In this document: positions 28,633 to 37,997 of the stretch, piece after piece
How positions within the stretch are numbered: position 1 is the first letter of the stretch
How the letters are laid out: the number at the start of each line of letters is the position of its first letter
Assembly: GCA_963713925.1 (NCBI GenBank)
Contig: OY970212.1
Location: 32,001 to 96,000, forward strand
Length of the DNA stretch: 64,000 nucleotides
Reading direction: 5' to 3'
DNA from: an uncultured bacterium
GTDB lineage: Bacteria > Babelota > Babeliae > Babelales > Vermiphilaceae
The notes under the pieces: model-generated
The model's database searches: none
What the model was told of the DNA's origin: nothing
Seen by the model: only the letters and a program-made list of their open reading frames with translations
Made by a program: the position numbers and the translations under genes

Positions 28633-29379
28633 TCAAAAGCGGACTGCCGCCTTATCCTTTTCAAGCGCCATTAATATTTTCGGCAACCAAAAATATTCTT
28701 TGCATTCGGGATAACAATAGGCGCTTGAAAGAATTTTAGTTGGTGGATTATCAATAAAATAGCGATTGATATGACTTTCATCATGCCATACGGCAATAAA
28801 ATTTTTTTTCAGGTCGGTGATAATATTTTCAGAACAAGTGCGAACTAATTTGAGAAATTCTGCAGTCTTGCCGCCATACAAACCTCCTGCAAAATACCGT
28901 TCACCTCGATTGTTTGCTACGTAGGCGGTTGAAACCGAATTTTCTTCGTAGGTATATTGATTGCGAATCATATTTTGAAAATAAGGATGTTGGGTGCCGA
29001 CCAAGTCGCCCAAAATTTCATCTCCCGCATCATTCACAAAGAGCATGTCCACGTCTGAAGCAAAAATGTAATCGTATCCATCAAATAACGATGCTGCTTT
29101 ACAATAGTTTTCAAATCTAAAAAGTGTTACATATGGCCATGGCAAATGAGCAGTCGGGACAACCACCACATCTGGTGACGATTGCACATCTTGTGCGCGA
29201 TCGGTGAATACAAAGTAAGTGACTTCATGATTTTTCAAAAAATGTTTGCGGCAGGAATCAACAAACGGCTGTATGAACTGCGTATATTTGTTGGTTGCTG
29301 CAAAACAAAGACCAACTTTGGCCGCATTCATGAAGTTTGCGCTCGAGGCAAAAGCTATCATTACCATTATCTTTTTCAT
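28633..29379 (-). CDS. GT6 family (ABO-like) glycosyltransferase with signal peptide
   Basis: ATNKY, YFVFTD, WPYVTLFRF, DVDM, YFAGGLYGG, AVWHDESHINRY. Confidence 0.9.
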   Translation of the reverse strand: MKKIMVMIAFASSANFMNAAKVGLCFAATNKYTQFIQPFVDSCRKHFLKNHEVTYFVFTDRAQDVQSSPDVVVVPTAHLPWPYVTLFRFENYCKAASLFDGYDYIFASDVDMLFVNDAGDEILGDLVGTQHPYFQNMIRNQYTYEENSVSTAYVANNRGERYFAGGLYGGKTAEFLKLVRTCSENIITDLKKNFIAVWHDESHINRYFIDNPPTKILSSAYCYPECKEYFWLPKILMALEKDKAAVRF

Positions 29380-29855
29380 AACTGTTCCTTTTGTGGTTCT
29401 CGCGGCTTCCCCCAGCTCCTGAAGCTTCCCCAGCATTCTCCACGAGCACTTTTTCTCTTCTCATAATCATGATTAATTGCTATCCCCAGCGCAACAACAA
29501 CTGCCGCCAACCCCATGACGCCCCGCACTCCCCCAAGTGCTGTTGCCGTACCAAAGCCGACCAGCCCCCCAACAATCAACGAACCACCCTTATCTATCTC
29601 AGCAAAGAAGTAGGTTGCCAGAGAACCAGTAATCATTCCAATCGGCACTGAAACTATAACATCCAAAGCTTCAGGTTTAGACGGGGAAAAATACTCTTGA
29701 GAGCAGCTATTGTGAAATCGTTTTTGTAATTGCGACTTTTGTAATCGAGAAATGATCTTTTTTTTCGCTTCAATACCAAGTGCTCGTTGCATCATAGCAT
29801 GCGTTGATTGAAATATGCAAAAGATACCGAGTATCAAAACATTGGCTTTTTTCAT
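29376..29855 (-). CDS. Hypothetical membrane protein with Gly-rich helices
   Basis: AAGGAG RBS, signal peptide, stop overlaps GT6 start. Confidence 0.6.
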   Translation of the reverse strand: MKKANVLILGIFCIFQSTHAMMQRALGIEAKKKIISRLQKSQLQKRFHNSCSQEYFSPSKPEALDVIVSVPIGMITGSLATYFFAEIDKGGSLIVGGLVGFGTATALGGVRGVMGLAAVVVALGIAINHDYEKRKSARGECWGSFRSWGKPREPQKEQL

Positions 29856-29890
29856 GACTGCTCCTTTTTAAATGCTCATGTATGTCCATT

Positions 29891-29924
29891 ACTTTAGAAA
29901 ACTGATTAAAAGTTGCAAGTAAAA
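29891..29924 (-). promoter_or_regulatory. Promoter-like sequence duplicated at 31721..31754
   Basis: Minus strand TTGCAA-17 nt-TAAAGT; 29/34 identical to the copy upstream of the WD40 gene. Confidence 0.55.
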
Positions 29925-29948
29925 CCGTAATAATTTCTTTAAAAAGTT

Positions 29949-31616
29949 TTAGAGCGGTTGTTTAATGATCTCTTTTTGTATAAAATCTCCGATTATTTTT
30001 TTCTCCGGAAAATCACCGACTTTAGAAAAGACTCTCTCTTGTAGGCTCGCTATATTGCCTAAATGATCCTTGTTTTTTGAAATAAAAGAAAGCATGAGTG
30101 TGACTTCCAAAGGCAATTTCTTTGGAGGCACCGCCCATATTTTCACGTCACTGCCGGCAACGGCAAACATGTCACCCTTTGAAGAGAAAGCAACTGAGTG
30201 AACGGGCCCCTCCTTCTTGAACTGATGCAAAAACGGTTCACCCGAGACGCCCCATAGGTCTACGGAATGAAAATCCGCAGGATAGGAGGCAATCGCCGTA
30301 TCATCGTGAGAAAATTCAATTAAAATAGGGCTTAATTCACGTCTACGATCGCCTGCTTCCAGATTGAAAGATCTCGAAGCACCCGTCTCAGTATTCAATA
30401 CTTTCAATTCATTATCATACGAAAGGATGGCGAATTTTTTCCCATCATGTGAAAGAAGAATAGATTTAACTCCGCCTTTATGATTAAAGGAACGGATAAT
30501 CTTGCCCTTTTTTACTTCCCATAATTCACATAATTTACTATCGCCGGCCACGCAAGCGGTAGCAAATAGCGCCCCGTTGGACGAAAGAGACGTCGAAAGA
30601 GCAGAACCATCATAATTAAAGGCACTCAAAACCTCCCCCGTGCCTACATTCCATAGTCTCACAACGTAATCATCAGAATCAGTGATGAGTATTTCTAGTT
30701 GGTTCGCCCCATCATTAGGCAAAAAGGCGACTGACCAAACGTGATCCGAATTAGACAATTCACGCAAAAGCTTTCCGTTCCCCGCATCCCAAACTTTTAC
30801 GACACGATTAGATTGATCGATCGGATAAAATTTGGAAAAGTAAGCGGAACAAAAAGTGGCAAGCTTTGCTCCGTTGTGAGAAAAGATAGCAACCAAATTG
30901 AAACTTCTGCCTCCTACATGATTGAAGGTATGTAAAACCCTTCCCGTCTCGATATCCAATAGCTCCGTAGGACGACGGGGAGAATTTATGGCAATTGTTT
31001 TATCGTCAGGCGAAAAAACCATTGCAGTAATAGGGCCGGAATGAGCAAGTATACGTTGTGGGGATTTGCTAAAGGCATCAAAAAGCAATTTTTTAACTTC
31101 TGTCGTTCGCACTATACGTTTGCTTATGGAATTCAACAATTCTTCCGGCATATCCAATGATTCAACAAAATTTTCTTCCTGCGCGAAATTTTGAAGAGTT
31201 TTCCTTAAGCAAATCAATTCGGAAAGACGATCCGCAACGAGAGGGCGTACCGGTTTTTTAACATCAAAATAATTGACGACCTTAAACAATTTTGCTGTTT
31301 CGTTAAGATTCAGTGATTTTATTTTTTTTTCAATCTCTTTTTTCGCGAGATCTTCATTCCCTCGTCTTTCATGCACAATTTCCATAAGCGGGTAAAGCTT
31401 ATCGAAAAAAAGAGTGCCGGGAACACTCTGAATTTCTATCCGCCCGCCATTGTCTCCGAAATCTTCGATCATGGTTTTGATGAGGTTCGATATTCTGATC
31501 ACATCGCCATTAACCGATTTTTCAATGCCTCCTATGACAACAGTAGTATCATTGCCATCGGCTGATCTGATGGAAGGAACAAACATACAACAAAGAAACA
31601 ATAAGGCTTTTTTCAT
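29949..31616 (-). CDS. Secreted Skp1/BTB-like + WD40-repeat protein
   Basis: Signal peptide; SNLIKTMIEDFG and LFKVVNYFDVK resemble Skp1; repeats H..V.SVAFS..G..VKVWD. Confidence 0.8.
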   Translation of the reverse strand: MKKALLFLCCMFVPSIRSADGNDTTVVIGGIEKSVNGDVIRISNLIKTMIEDFGDNGGRIEIQSVPGTLFFDKLYPLMEIVHERRGNEDLAKKEIEKKIKSLNLNETAKLFKVVNYFDVKKPVRPLVADRLSELICLRKTLQNFAQEENFVESLDMPEELLNSISKRIVRTTEVKKLLFDAFSKSPQRILAHSGPITAMVFSPDDKTIAINSPRRPTELLDIETGRVLHTFNHVGGRSFNLVAIFSHNGAKLATFCSAYFSKFYPIDQSNRVVKVWDAGNGKLLRELSNSDHVWSVAFLPNDGANQLEILITDSDDYVVRLWNVGTGEVLSAFNYDGSALSTSLSSNGALFATACVAGDSKLCELWEVKKGKIIRSFNHKGGVKSILLSHDGKKFAILSYDNELKVLNTETGASRSFNLEAGDRRRELSPILIEFSHDDTAIASYPADFHSVDLWGVSGEPFLHQFKKEGPVHSVAFSSKGDMFAVAGSDVKIWAVPPKKLPLEVTLMLSFISKNKDHLGNIASLQERVFSKVGDFPEKKIIGDFIQKEIIKQPL

Positions 31617-31857
31617 ACATCTTTCTCGATAAAAATCTAAGAACATTACCGTTTAACAACTTCAATGACAGCTCATTTCTCTTATTTCGCGCCGGTTTTT
31701 ACAGTTGCAAGACGAAAGACACTCTAGAAAATTCATCAAAAGTTGCAAGCAAAAACTATAGCCAAACGAAAAATCGCGCTTTTCCTTTACCAATAAAAAA
31801 TTGCATGATATACATAAATAAGTAAATTTAGGGACCTTTATACTTATTTTATACTAT

Positions 31858-33411
31858 ATGCATACAAAAATTTTTTCAGCAACGACTATCGGTGTTTCTG
31901 CCAATCTGGTTCACGTTGAAGTTGATATCTCACTTGGTCTTGTCAATTTTTATATCGTTGGACTTCCTGATACGGCAATTAAAGAAAGCAGTAAGCGCAT
32001 ACAAACCGCGTTGAAAAATAGCGGTATCCGTTTGCCCGCAAAAAAAATCACCGTCAACCTTGCGCCTGCCGATCTCAAAAAAGAGGGGACTCTTTTTGAT
32101 TTACCGATAGCGACCGCGATCTTATGTGCATCGGAAATCATTACTCTATCGCAAGAATTCATACAAGAAACTATTTTCATTGGCGAGTTATCTTTGGATG
32201 GATCAATTCGAGCAGTCAAAGGGGTATTGCCCATTGCATCTGATGCAGTATTGCTTGGCAAAAAGCGAATGATTGTTCCGTTTGATAATAGATATGAAGC
32301 AGCGCTCATTGAAGGTATTGAAGTCATTGGAGTGCACAGTCTGACTGAACTCATTGGTTATCTGCGCGGCGAAATTATAATAGTGCCCACACGAGAATCT
32401 TTTGCACAATTAACCACAAAAGCAATCGCTGACGACACACTCGATTTTGCTCATGTAAAAGGCCAGGCTCATGCAAAACGGGCTTTAACAATAGCAGCCG
32501 CGGGAAGACACAATATTTTATTTGTCGGGCCTCCGGGCGCCGGTAAAACAATGCTCGCGCGCAGATTGAGCGGCATAATGCCGGCTATGAGCTTTGATGA
32601 AGTGTTGCAAACAAGTAAAATTTATTCGGTGAGCGGTAAGCTGCCCGGCGACCAATTGGTGCTCGGCAGACCTTTTCGAAATCCGCATCACACGATTTCT
32701 CAAGCAGGGCTTGTCGGTGGAGGGTCATATCCACAGCCGGGAGAAATCAGCTTAGCTCACAATGGAATTTTGTTTTTAGATGAGCTGACTGAATTTAAGC
32801 GAGATACATTGGAAGTGTTGCGTCAACCGCTTGAAAACAAAACCGTTTCAATCGCGCGCGTTCAACAATCAGTCCATTTTCCGGCGTCATTTTTATTGAT
32901 AGCTGCTCTCAACCCATGCCCATGTGGGTATCTTGGCGATAAGAAAAAACCATGCACGTGTTCATCAGCACAAATTGAGCGATATCTCTCAAAACTTTCC
33001 GGACCTCTTCTTGATAGAATCGATCTTCAAATTAATATCGCTTCAATAGAATATGAACAAATTAAACAAACAAGCCCCGAGACAATCATAAGTTCCGCGC
33101 ACATGCGCGATTCCGTCGAAAGAGCCACGCAAGCACAGAAAAAGAGACAAAACGATGCCGCTCACTATGTCCCGAATGCATACCTCTCTCCTGAACAGGT
33201 TGAAAAAACATGCATTTTAACTGAAGGTGCAGAAGCGCTCATCAAAAAAGCATTTAACGCGCTCCATTTGAGTATGCGCGGATATCATAAAATTCTCAAA
33301 GTTGCCCGCACTATAGCTGATCTAAGTTCAAACGAATATATTGATGTTGCCCATATTCAAGAAGCAATTATGTATCGCTCTCTTGAGCAACTGGGAGAAT
33401 ATAAAAAATAA
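31858..33411 (+). CDS. comM: YifB/ComM Mg-chelatase-like AAA ATPase
   Basis: IVGLPDTAIKES, VNLAPADLKKEG, GPPGAGKT, PFRNPHH, NPCPCG, SGPLLDRID. Confidence 0.95.
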   Translation: MHTKIFSATTIGVSANLVHVEVDISLGLVNFYIVGLPDTAIKESSKRIQTALKNSGIRLPAKKITVNLAPADLKKEGTLFDLPIATAILCASEIITLSQEFIQETIFIGELSLDGSIRAVKGVLPIASDAVLLGKKRMIVPFDNRYEAALIEGIEVIGVHSLTELIGYLRGEIIIVPTRESFAQLTTKAIADDTLDFAHVKGQAHAKRALTIAAAGRHNILFVGPPGAGKTMLARRLSGIMPAMSFDEVLQTSKIYSVSGKLPGDQLVLGRPFRNPHHTISQAGLVGGGSYPQPGEISLAHNGILFLDELTEFKRDTLEVLRQPLENKTVSIARVQQSVHFPASFLLIAALNPCPCGYLGDKKKPCTCSSAQIERYLSKLSGPLLDRIDLQINIASIEYEQIKQTSPETIISSAHMRDSVERATQAQKKRQNDAAHYVPNAYLSPEQVEKTCILTEGAEALIKKAFNALHLSMRGYHKILKVARTIADLSSNEYIDVAHIQEAIMYRSLEQLGEYKK

Positions 33412-33767
33412 TGATTGTTGGCATCGGCACGGATATCATAGAAATTGACCGCTTTGCATCGTGGCGGTCACGACCCTACAAGCAGTTGCGGCGTATTTTT
33501 AGCCATGATGAAATAGGATATGCCCTTTCTAACCCCACAAAGGCTGCCGAGCGATTTGCAGCTCGGTTTGCAGCTCGAGAAGCCTTATATAAAGCAAGTT
33601 TCGGAATTATTAAGTCACTGCCGTTTTTGAGTTTATGTGCGCAAGTGAGCTTTTCCGGGCAGCCGGCCCGGCTTATCTTTGCTCCCTTGGCGGGATATAC
33701 CGTCCACGCCTCCTGGAGTCATAATGAATCTCACACCGTGGCATTCGTCATTATTGAAAAAATATAA
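33411..33767 (+). CDS. acpS: Holo-ACP synthase
   Basis: GIGTDIIEIDRF, AARFAAREA, SWSH. Confidence 0.85.
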   Translation: MIVGIGTDIIEIDRFASWRSRPYKQLRRIFSHDEIGYALSNPTKAAERFAARFAAREALYKASFGIIKSLPFLSLCAQVSFSGQPARLIFAPLAGYTVHASWSHNESHTVAFVIIEKI

Positions 33768-33802
33768 AAATCCCGATTTTTAGCCGGTTTCCAAACAATT
33801 GA

Positions 33803-33830
33803 TTGACAAACAGTAGAAATGCTCTAATCT
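33803..33830 (+). promoter_or_regulatory. sigma70-type promoter of tRNA-fMet
   Basis: TTGACA-16 nt-TAATCT. Confidence 0.55.
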
Positions 33831-33852
33831 GGGAATACATTTAACGTTCGAT

Positions 33853-33929
<77 letters not shown>

Positions 33930-34077
33930 AAAATCTCTTCTTTCCCCCCTATTATTTTCCATTCGAATTACATAATTTCTGGCTCACGCCGTTTATAACA
34001 ATTTTTCTTGTTTTTTCTCCTATCGAATGAGTAGTCTGACTTCTGATTTCAGTCTTTATCTCAGGAGTAAAAAATTT

Positions 34078-34497
34078 ATGATTCACCAGTTGTTTGCCCC
34101 CTATGCCCCTTACGCATTAAGCATTGTTCGCCTCCTTGTTGGTGTCACGTTCACCCTACATGGATCCCAAAAGGTATTTGGGTTTTTTGGTGGTTCAGGT
34201 TTAGAAGGCTTTGCAAACTATATTTCTTCGGCCTTCAAATTCCCAGGAATTTTGGGATATATCGCAGCCTTCATAGAATTCGGAGGCGGAATCTTGCTTA
34301 TTCTCGGCCTTTTTACACAATATGCTGCTCTTGCAATAATGCCTGTTATGCTCGTTGCTTTTTTTGAAGTTCATTTTAAAAATGGCTATTTTGCACAAAA
34401 TGGTGGTTTTGAATATGTTCTCAATCTCTTAGTTCTGCTATTCGTTTTAATCATTGGCAACTCCGATAAATTATCAATCATGAATGTGATTCGATAA
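34078..34497 (+). CDS. DoxX family membrane protein
   Basis: RLLVG..FTLHGSQKVFG, EFGGG..ILG, GGFEY. Confidence 0.9.
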   Translation: MIHQLFAPYAPYALSIVRLLVGVTFTLHGSQKVFGFFGGSGLEGFANYISSAFKFPGILGYIAAFIEFGGGILLILGLFTQYAALAIMPVMLVAFFEVHFKNGYFAQNGGFEYVLNLLVLLFVLIIGNSDKLSIMNVIR

Positions 34498-34536
34498 TCA
34501 ACACATCGCTAAAAAAAAGAGAATGAAGGAGAAACT

Positions 34537-35124
34537 ATGATCAAAAAAATCATTTTTCCCATTGCAATATGCGCGACGCTTCATCATCTATCGGCAGCTG
34601 ATAAAGATGAAGCAGGCAAGCCTTTTGCAAAAACTATCGCCCTAGCAAAAAAGCGACGCAACTCTGATGCATCTGTTCCATCACTATCTTTTGATCGGTC
34701 TCGTCCTCTATCGCCCGGCAGGGGTCTTAAGGAGAGGCAAGCGCGATCTCTTCCAACAAGTCCTAATTCGCATGATTATGACAATTTTTTCCTTAAAACA
34801 ACAGGTCCAGATATTGTCTATTTTCAACGAGAATTACTGGACTTAAATAAATCCTTGGGGATTACTTCCAAAACTGCCCTTAAGTTGTCTCTTGCAGTTG
34901 AAAACTACCGAAATCTCAAAAATAAAAAATTTGAACTGACAAAAAAACGCAATGAGGCGTTAAGTCTTTTCGATTCACAAGCCGCGGCTCTAGAAACTCA
35001 GATAGATCAAACGAAAGCCGATGTTTATGATCTTATTTCTAAAGGACGCACTACTATTCTCAAGAAAGTTTGTAAAAAACTTGAGGAGCTTACTGCAACC
35101 ACGAGTCAGCCTGATTCAAAATAG
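34537..35124 (+). CDS. Secreted hypothetical protein, Ser/Pro-rich then coiled coil
   Basis: AAGGAG RBS, signal peptide. Confidence 0.65.
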   Translation: MIKKIIFPIAICATLHHLSAADKDEAGKPFAKTIALAKKRRNSDASVPSLSFDRSRPLSPGRGLKERQARSLPTSPNSHDYDNFFLKTTGPDIVYFQRELLDLNKSLGITSKTALKLSLAVENYRNLKNKKFELTKKRNEALSLFDSQAAALETQIDQTKADVYDLISKGRTTILKKVCKKLEELTATTSQPDSK

Positions 35125-35503
35125 CGCGAGCATTATCATAGGTGAGCAAATTAAGGGCGTCTTTGTAACTCACCCATTTGTAACCGATATGTTCATCTGA
35201 AAGAACAACTGATTTCGATTTTACTTGACCCACAAAAAAGGTAACTTGCTTGTGGGCCGATTTTTTATCCATATAATCTTTAAAAGTATATGAGAGTGAT
35301 GAAGAAAATCCCGGCACTATCGTTGCCTCAAGCCCTGTTTCTTCTTTAAGTTCGCGAACAGCAGCTTGTTTTAACGTCTCGCCGGACTCAACTTTCCCTT
35401 TCGGGAAATCCCAATGGCCGGTCACATAATGCAACAATAAATACTCTCGAGAATCATTCTCTTGAAAAAAAATTACGATACCGGCTGAAAAATAATGTTT
35501 CAT
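35090..35503 (-). CDS. NUDIX hydrolase, Ap4A hydrolase-like
   Basis: HWDFPKGKVESGETLKQAAVRELKEETGL, LSDEH. Confidence 0.9.
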   Translation of the reverse strand: MKHYFSAGIVIFFQENDSREYLLLHYVTGHWDFPKGKVESGETLKQAAVRELKEETGLEATIVPGFSSSLSYTFKDYMDKKSAHKQVTFFVGQVKSKSVVLSDEHIGYKWVSYKDALNLLTYDNARAILNQADSWLQ

Positions 35504-35538
35504 GGTTAATTACAAGGACCTGTCATGGTTTTTGTGGA

Positions 35539-37101
35539 TCAAAAAAAATACATTTTTATTTTAAAAAAATGTCGCGTTGAATACAAGATCATATAATACA
35601 ATATGCCCAATGGTCCGACCCACAGCCAGAAACCAAAACCATACACCATAAATGACTGTATTTGAGTTGAGGCACAATGCAAAAATAAAAGTTTTATGGC
35701 ATAAAACAAAGCTAGTACGACACATGAGCAGAGTAATAGTTGAATCAAGAATTGTCTCAAGAAATGTGCAAGTTGCTTGGTAAAAATTGTTATATTATGC
35801 ACACACACCAAACTTCCTAAGAAAAGTACTGTCTGCAGGACGGCGGCGACCGTCGTGGCTAATGCTAAGCCCGGAATTTCAAATTGGGGCATAAGCAGAT
35901 AGTTCAAACCGATATTGACCAATGTTGAAATAACAGCAATAAATGCCGGCACCATTGTGTTATGCAATGAGTTAAATACATTCAAAAATATCTTATTAAT
36001 CGAGAGAAAAAAAAGCCCAATGACAGAAACGACAAGCACTCGTGAAGAACGAACCACTTGTTCTATAGGGAAGTGTTCTGAAAGAAAAAGCGTACTGAAG
36101 ATATCATATGAAAAAAAGATCATACCGATAGTCATGGGGATAGTAACCCAGACTATAAGCTTGATACTCTCGTGTACATAATAACTCAATCGTGAAGGTG
36201 CATAACTGCCAATGCGAGAAAAATGAGGCAGAAGAATGGTAGCAAATGAGGTAGAAAATACGCCAAGTGGAATTCCCATGAAACGAGTCGCATATGTTAA
36301 ACTTGATATACCCCCAACAACATAAGATGCAAATTCAGAATCGATAAAAAGACTCAATTCAGAAAGTGCAGCACTTGGAACAAATACAATAAATTTGAAA
36401 AATATACGTAAAAAAGAGGGGATATGATCTTGATATGCAGATGAAAACCAAAATCCGGCTTTTCTGTATGCAGCATAATGTACGGCAGTTTGGATCATGA
36501 CGCCGACGATAATAAATGCACATAACCATACGGGAGAAAGATTATAATAAATTCCCACCACAGCGCCAAAAATAAATACAAAATTCAAAAAAATAGGAGC
36601 TATGGAAGGAACAAAAAATCGTTGCACCGCCTGCAACACTCCGGCAAATAATGAGCTTGCGCAAATGAACATAATAAATGGCATTAAAATGCGCAGCATG
36701 GGAATGCTCATCTCAAGTTGCTGTTGATTAAAACCGGGAGCCAACAACTTTATAATCCAAGGGGCAATAAAAGCAGTGATGATGCATATGAGTGCAAGCA
36801 GAGATTGAAAAAGAATCAAACAAAGACTCAAAACACCGTTCACTTGATTGGTGTCGCCTTGGCGAATTGCTTGCACAACGCTTGGAATAAACGCAGATGA
36901 GAGCGCTCCTTCAGCGAAAATTTTTCTGAGAATATTAGGAATTCTAAACGCGGTCAAAAATGCGTCTGAAACAATACCGCTTCCCAAATAGCGCGCAAGC
37001 AATAGCTCTCGAACAAGACCAAACGCTCGACTTATCAAAGTGAGTGATCCTACTTGTACCGTTTTCTGCTGAATAGATCGTTTTGATAGAATCTCTGCCA
37101 T
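35539..37101 (-). CDS. murJ: Lipid II flippase
   Basis: SRAFGLVRE, SDAFLTAFRIPN..FAEGALSSAFIP. Confidence 0.92.
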   Translation of the reverse strand: MAEILSKRSIQQKTVQVGSLTLISRAFGLVRELLLARYLGSGIVSDAFLTAFRIPNILRKIFAEGALSSAFIPSVVQAIRQGDTNQVNGVLSLCLILFQSLLALICIITAFIAPWIIKLLAPGFNQQQLEMSIPMLRILMPFIMFICASSLFAGVLQAVQRFFVPSIAPIFLNFVFIFGAVVGIYYNLSPVWLCAFIIVGVMIQTAVHYAAYRKAGFWFSSAYQDHIPSFLRIFFKFIVFVPSAALSELSLFIDSEFASYVVGGISSLTYATRFMGIPLGVFSTSFATILLPHFSRIGSYAPSRLSYYVHESIKLIVWVTIPMTIGMIFFSYDIFSTLFLSEHFPIEQVVRSSRVLVVSVIGLFFLSINKIFLNVFNSLHNTMVPAFIAVISTLVNIGLNYLLMPQFEIPGLALATTVAAVLQTVLFLGSLVCVHNITIFTKQLAHFLRQFLIQLLLCSCVVLALFYAIKLLFLHCASTQIQSFMVYGFGFWLWVGPLGILYYMILYSTRHFFKIKMYFF

Positions 37102-37181
37102 GACTTTTTCCTTTTGTATTCACACACAAACCCCTTCTATCGTAGCTTTTTATATAGCTAATACAAGAGTTCAATGTGCCC

Positions 37182-37808
37182 TTAACCTATTGACACAACG
37201 TTCTCCAGAAAAGCGATCATATCTCGATCATGGGTTGCAACAATAAGGCCCATGCCATGCTCCTCTGATAATGAAATCAAAAGTGATGCAATGCCGCGTG
37301 CGCTATCAGGGTCTAAATGAGCAGTCGGCTCATCGGCAATCAAAAAAGGTGGCGAAAAAAACAGAGCGCGCGCAAGCGCTATCCGTTGCTGTTGTCCCCC
37401 CGAAAGTTGCCAGGGACTTACGTGAGCATGGGCGCGCAACCCGACCAGCGTGATGAGTTCCTCGGCTCTCTTTATCGCATCAGCCATTGGCACCCCCTCA
37501 ATTAAACCTGGGAGCGCGATATTTTCAAGCACCGAGAGCTCATTGATAAGAAATGGCGTTTGCAACATGAGGCCATATTGTTTTTGCTCGTATGAATGCG
37601 CAATGGTTCCGGAAGTTGGCATCTCAATTCCGACAATTAAATGGATGAGCGTAGATTTTCCACTGCCCGACGGACCTATCAATGCGTATCGATTTCCCTG
37701 TAAAAATTCATAAGAAAAATTATGGAGGCCTGTAAATCTTTGATGGCCAGCATGATACTGTTTTGTCAGATTCGTACAAATAATGGAACTTTTTTTCATG
37801 AAGAACAT
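37182..37808 (-). CDS. ABC transporter ATP-binding protein (LolD-like)
   Basis: GPSGSGKST, LSGGQQQR, ADEPTAHLD, ATHD. Confidence 0.85.
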   Translation of the reverse strand: MFFMKKSSIICTNLTKQYHAGHQRFTGLHNFSYEFLQGNRYALIGPSGSGKSTLIHLIVGIEMPTSGTIAHSYEQKQYGLMLQTPFLINELSVLENIALPGLIEGVPMADAIKRAEELITLVGLRAHAHVSPWQLSGGQQQRIALARALFFSPPFLIADEPTAHLDPDSARGIASLLISLSEEHGMGLIVATHDRDMIAFLENVVSIG

Positions 37809-37997
37809 CCTGTTTAGTTTTGCTATTATACCATTTTTTAATGAATTATTTGTTTAATTTTTTTAAAAAATAACCCAAATATGCTGCTTAAGTTGATCGC
37901 TTTAGTTAAATATTGTTTTACCCATATGCAGTTTCGTAGAATGAGACACAGGGATATGAAGCGGGGGTTGAATGCAGCTTCTACATTAGGGGGACAG

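Noticed and set aside
37881..37997. N-terminal extension of Lon in the ORF track
   Set aside because: Better RBS and expected domain start at ATG 37998
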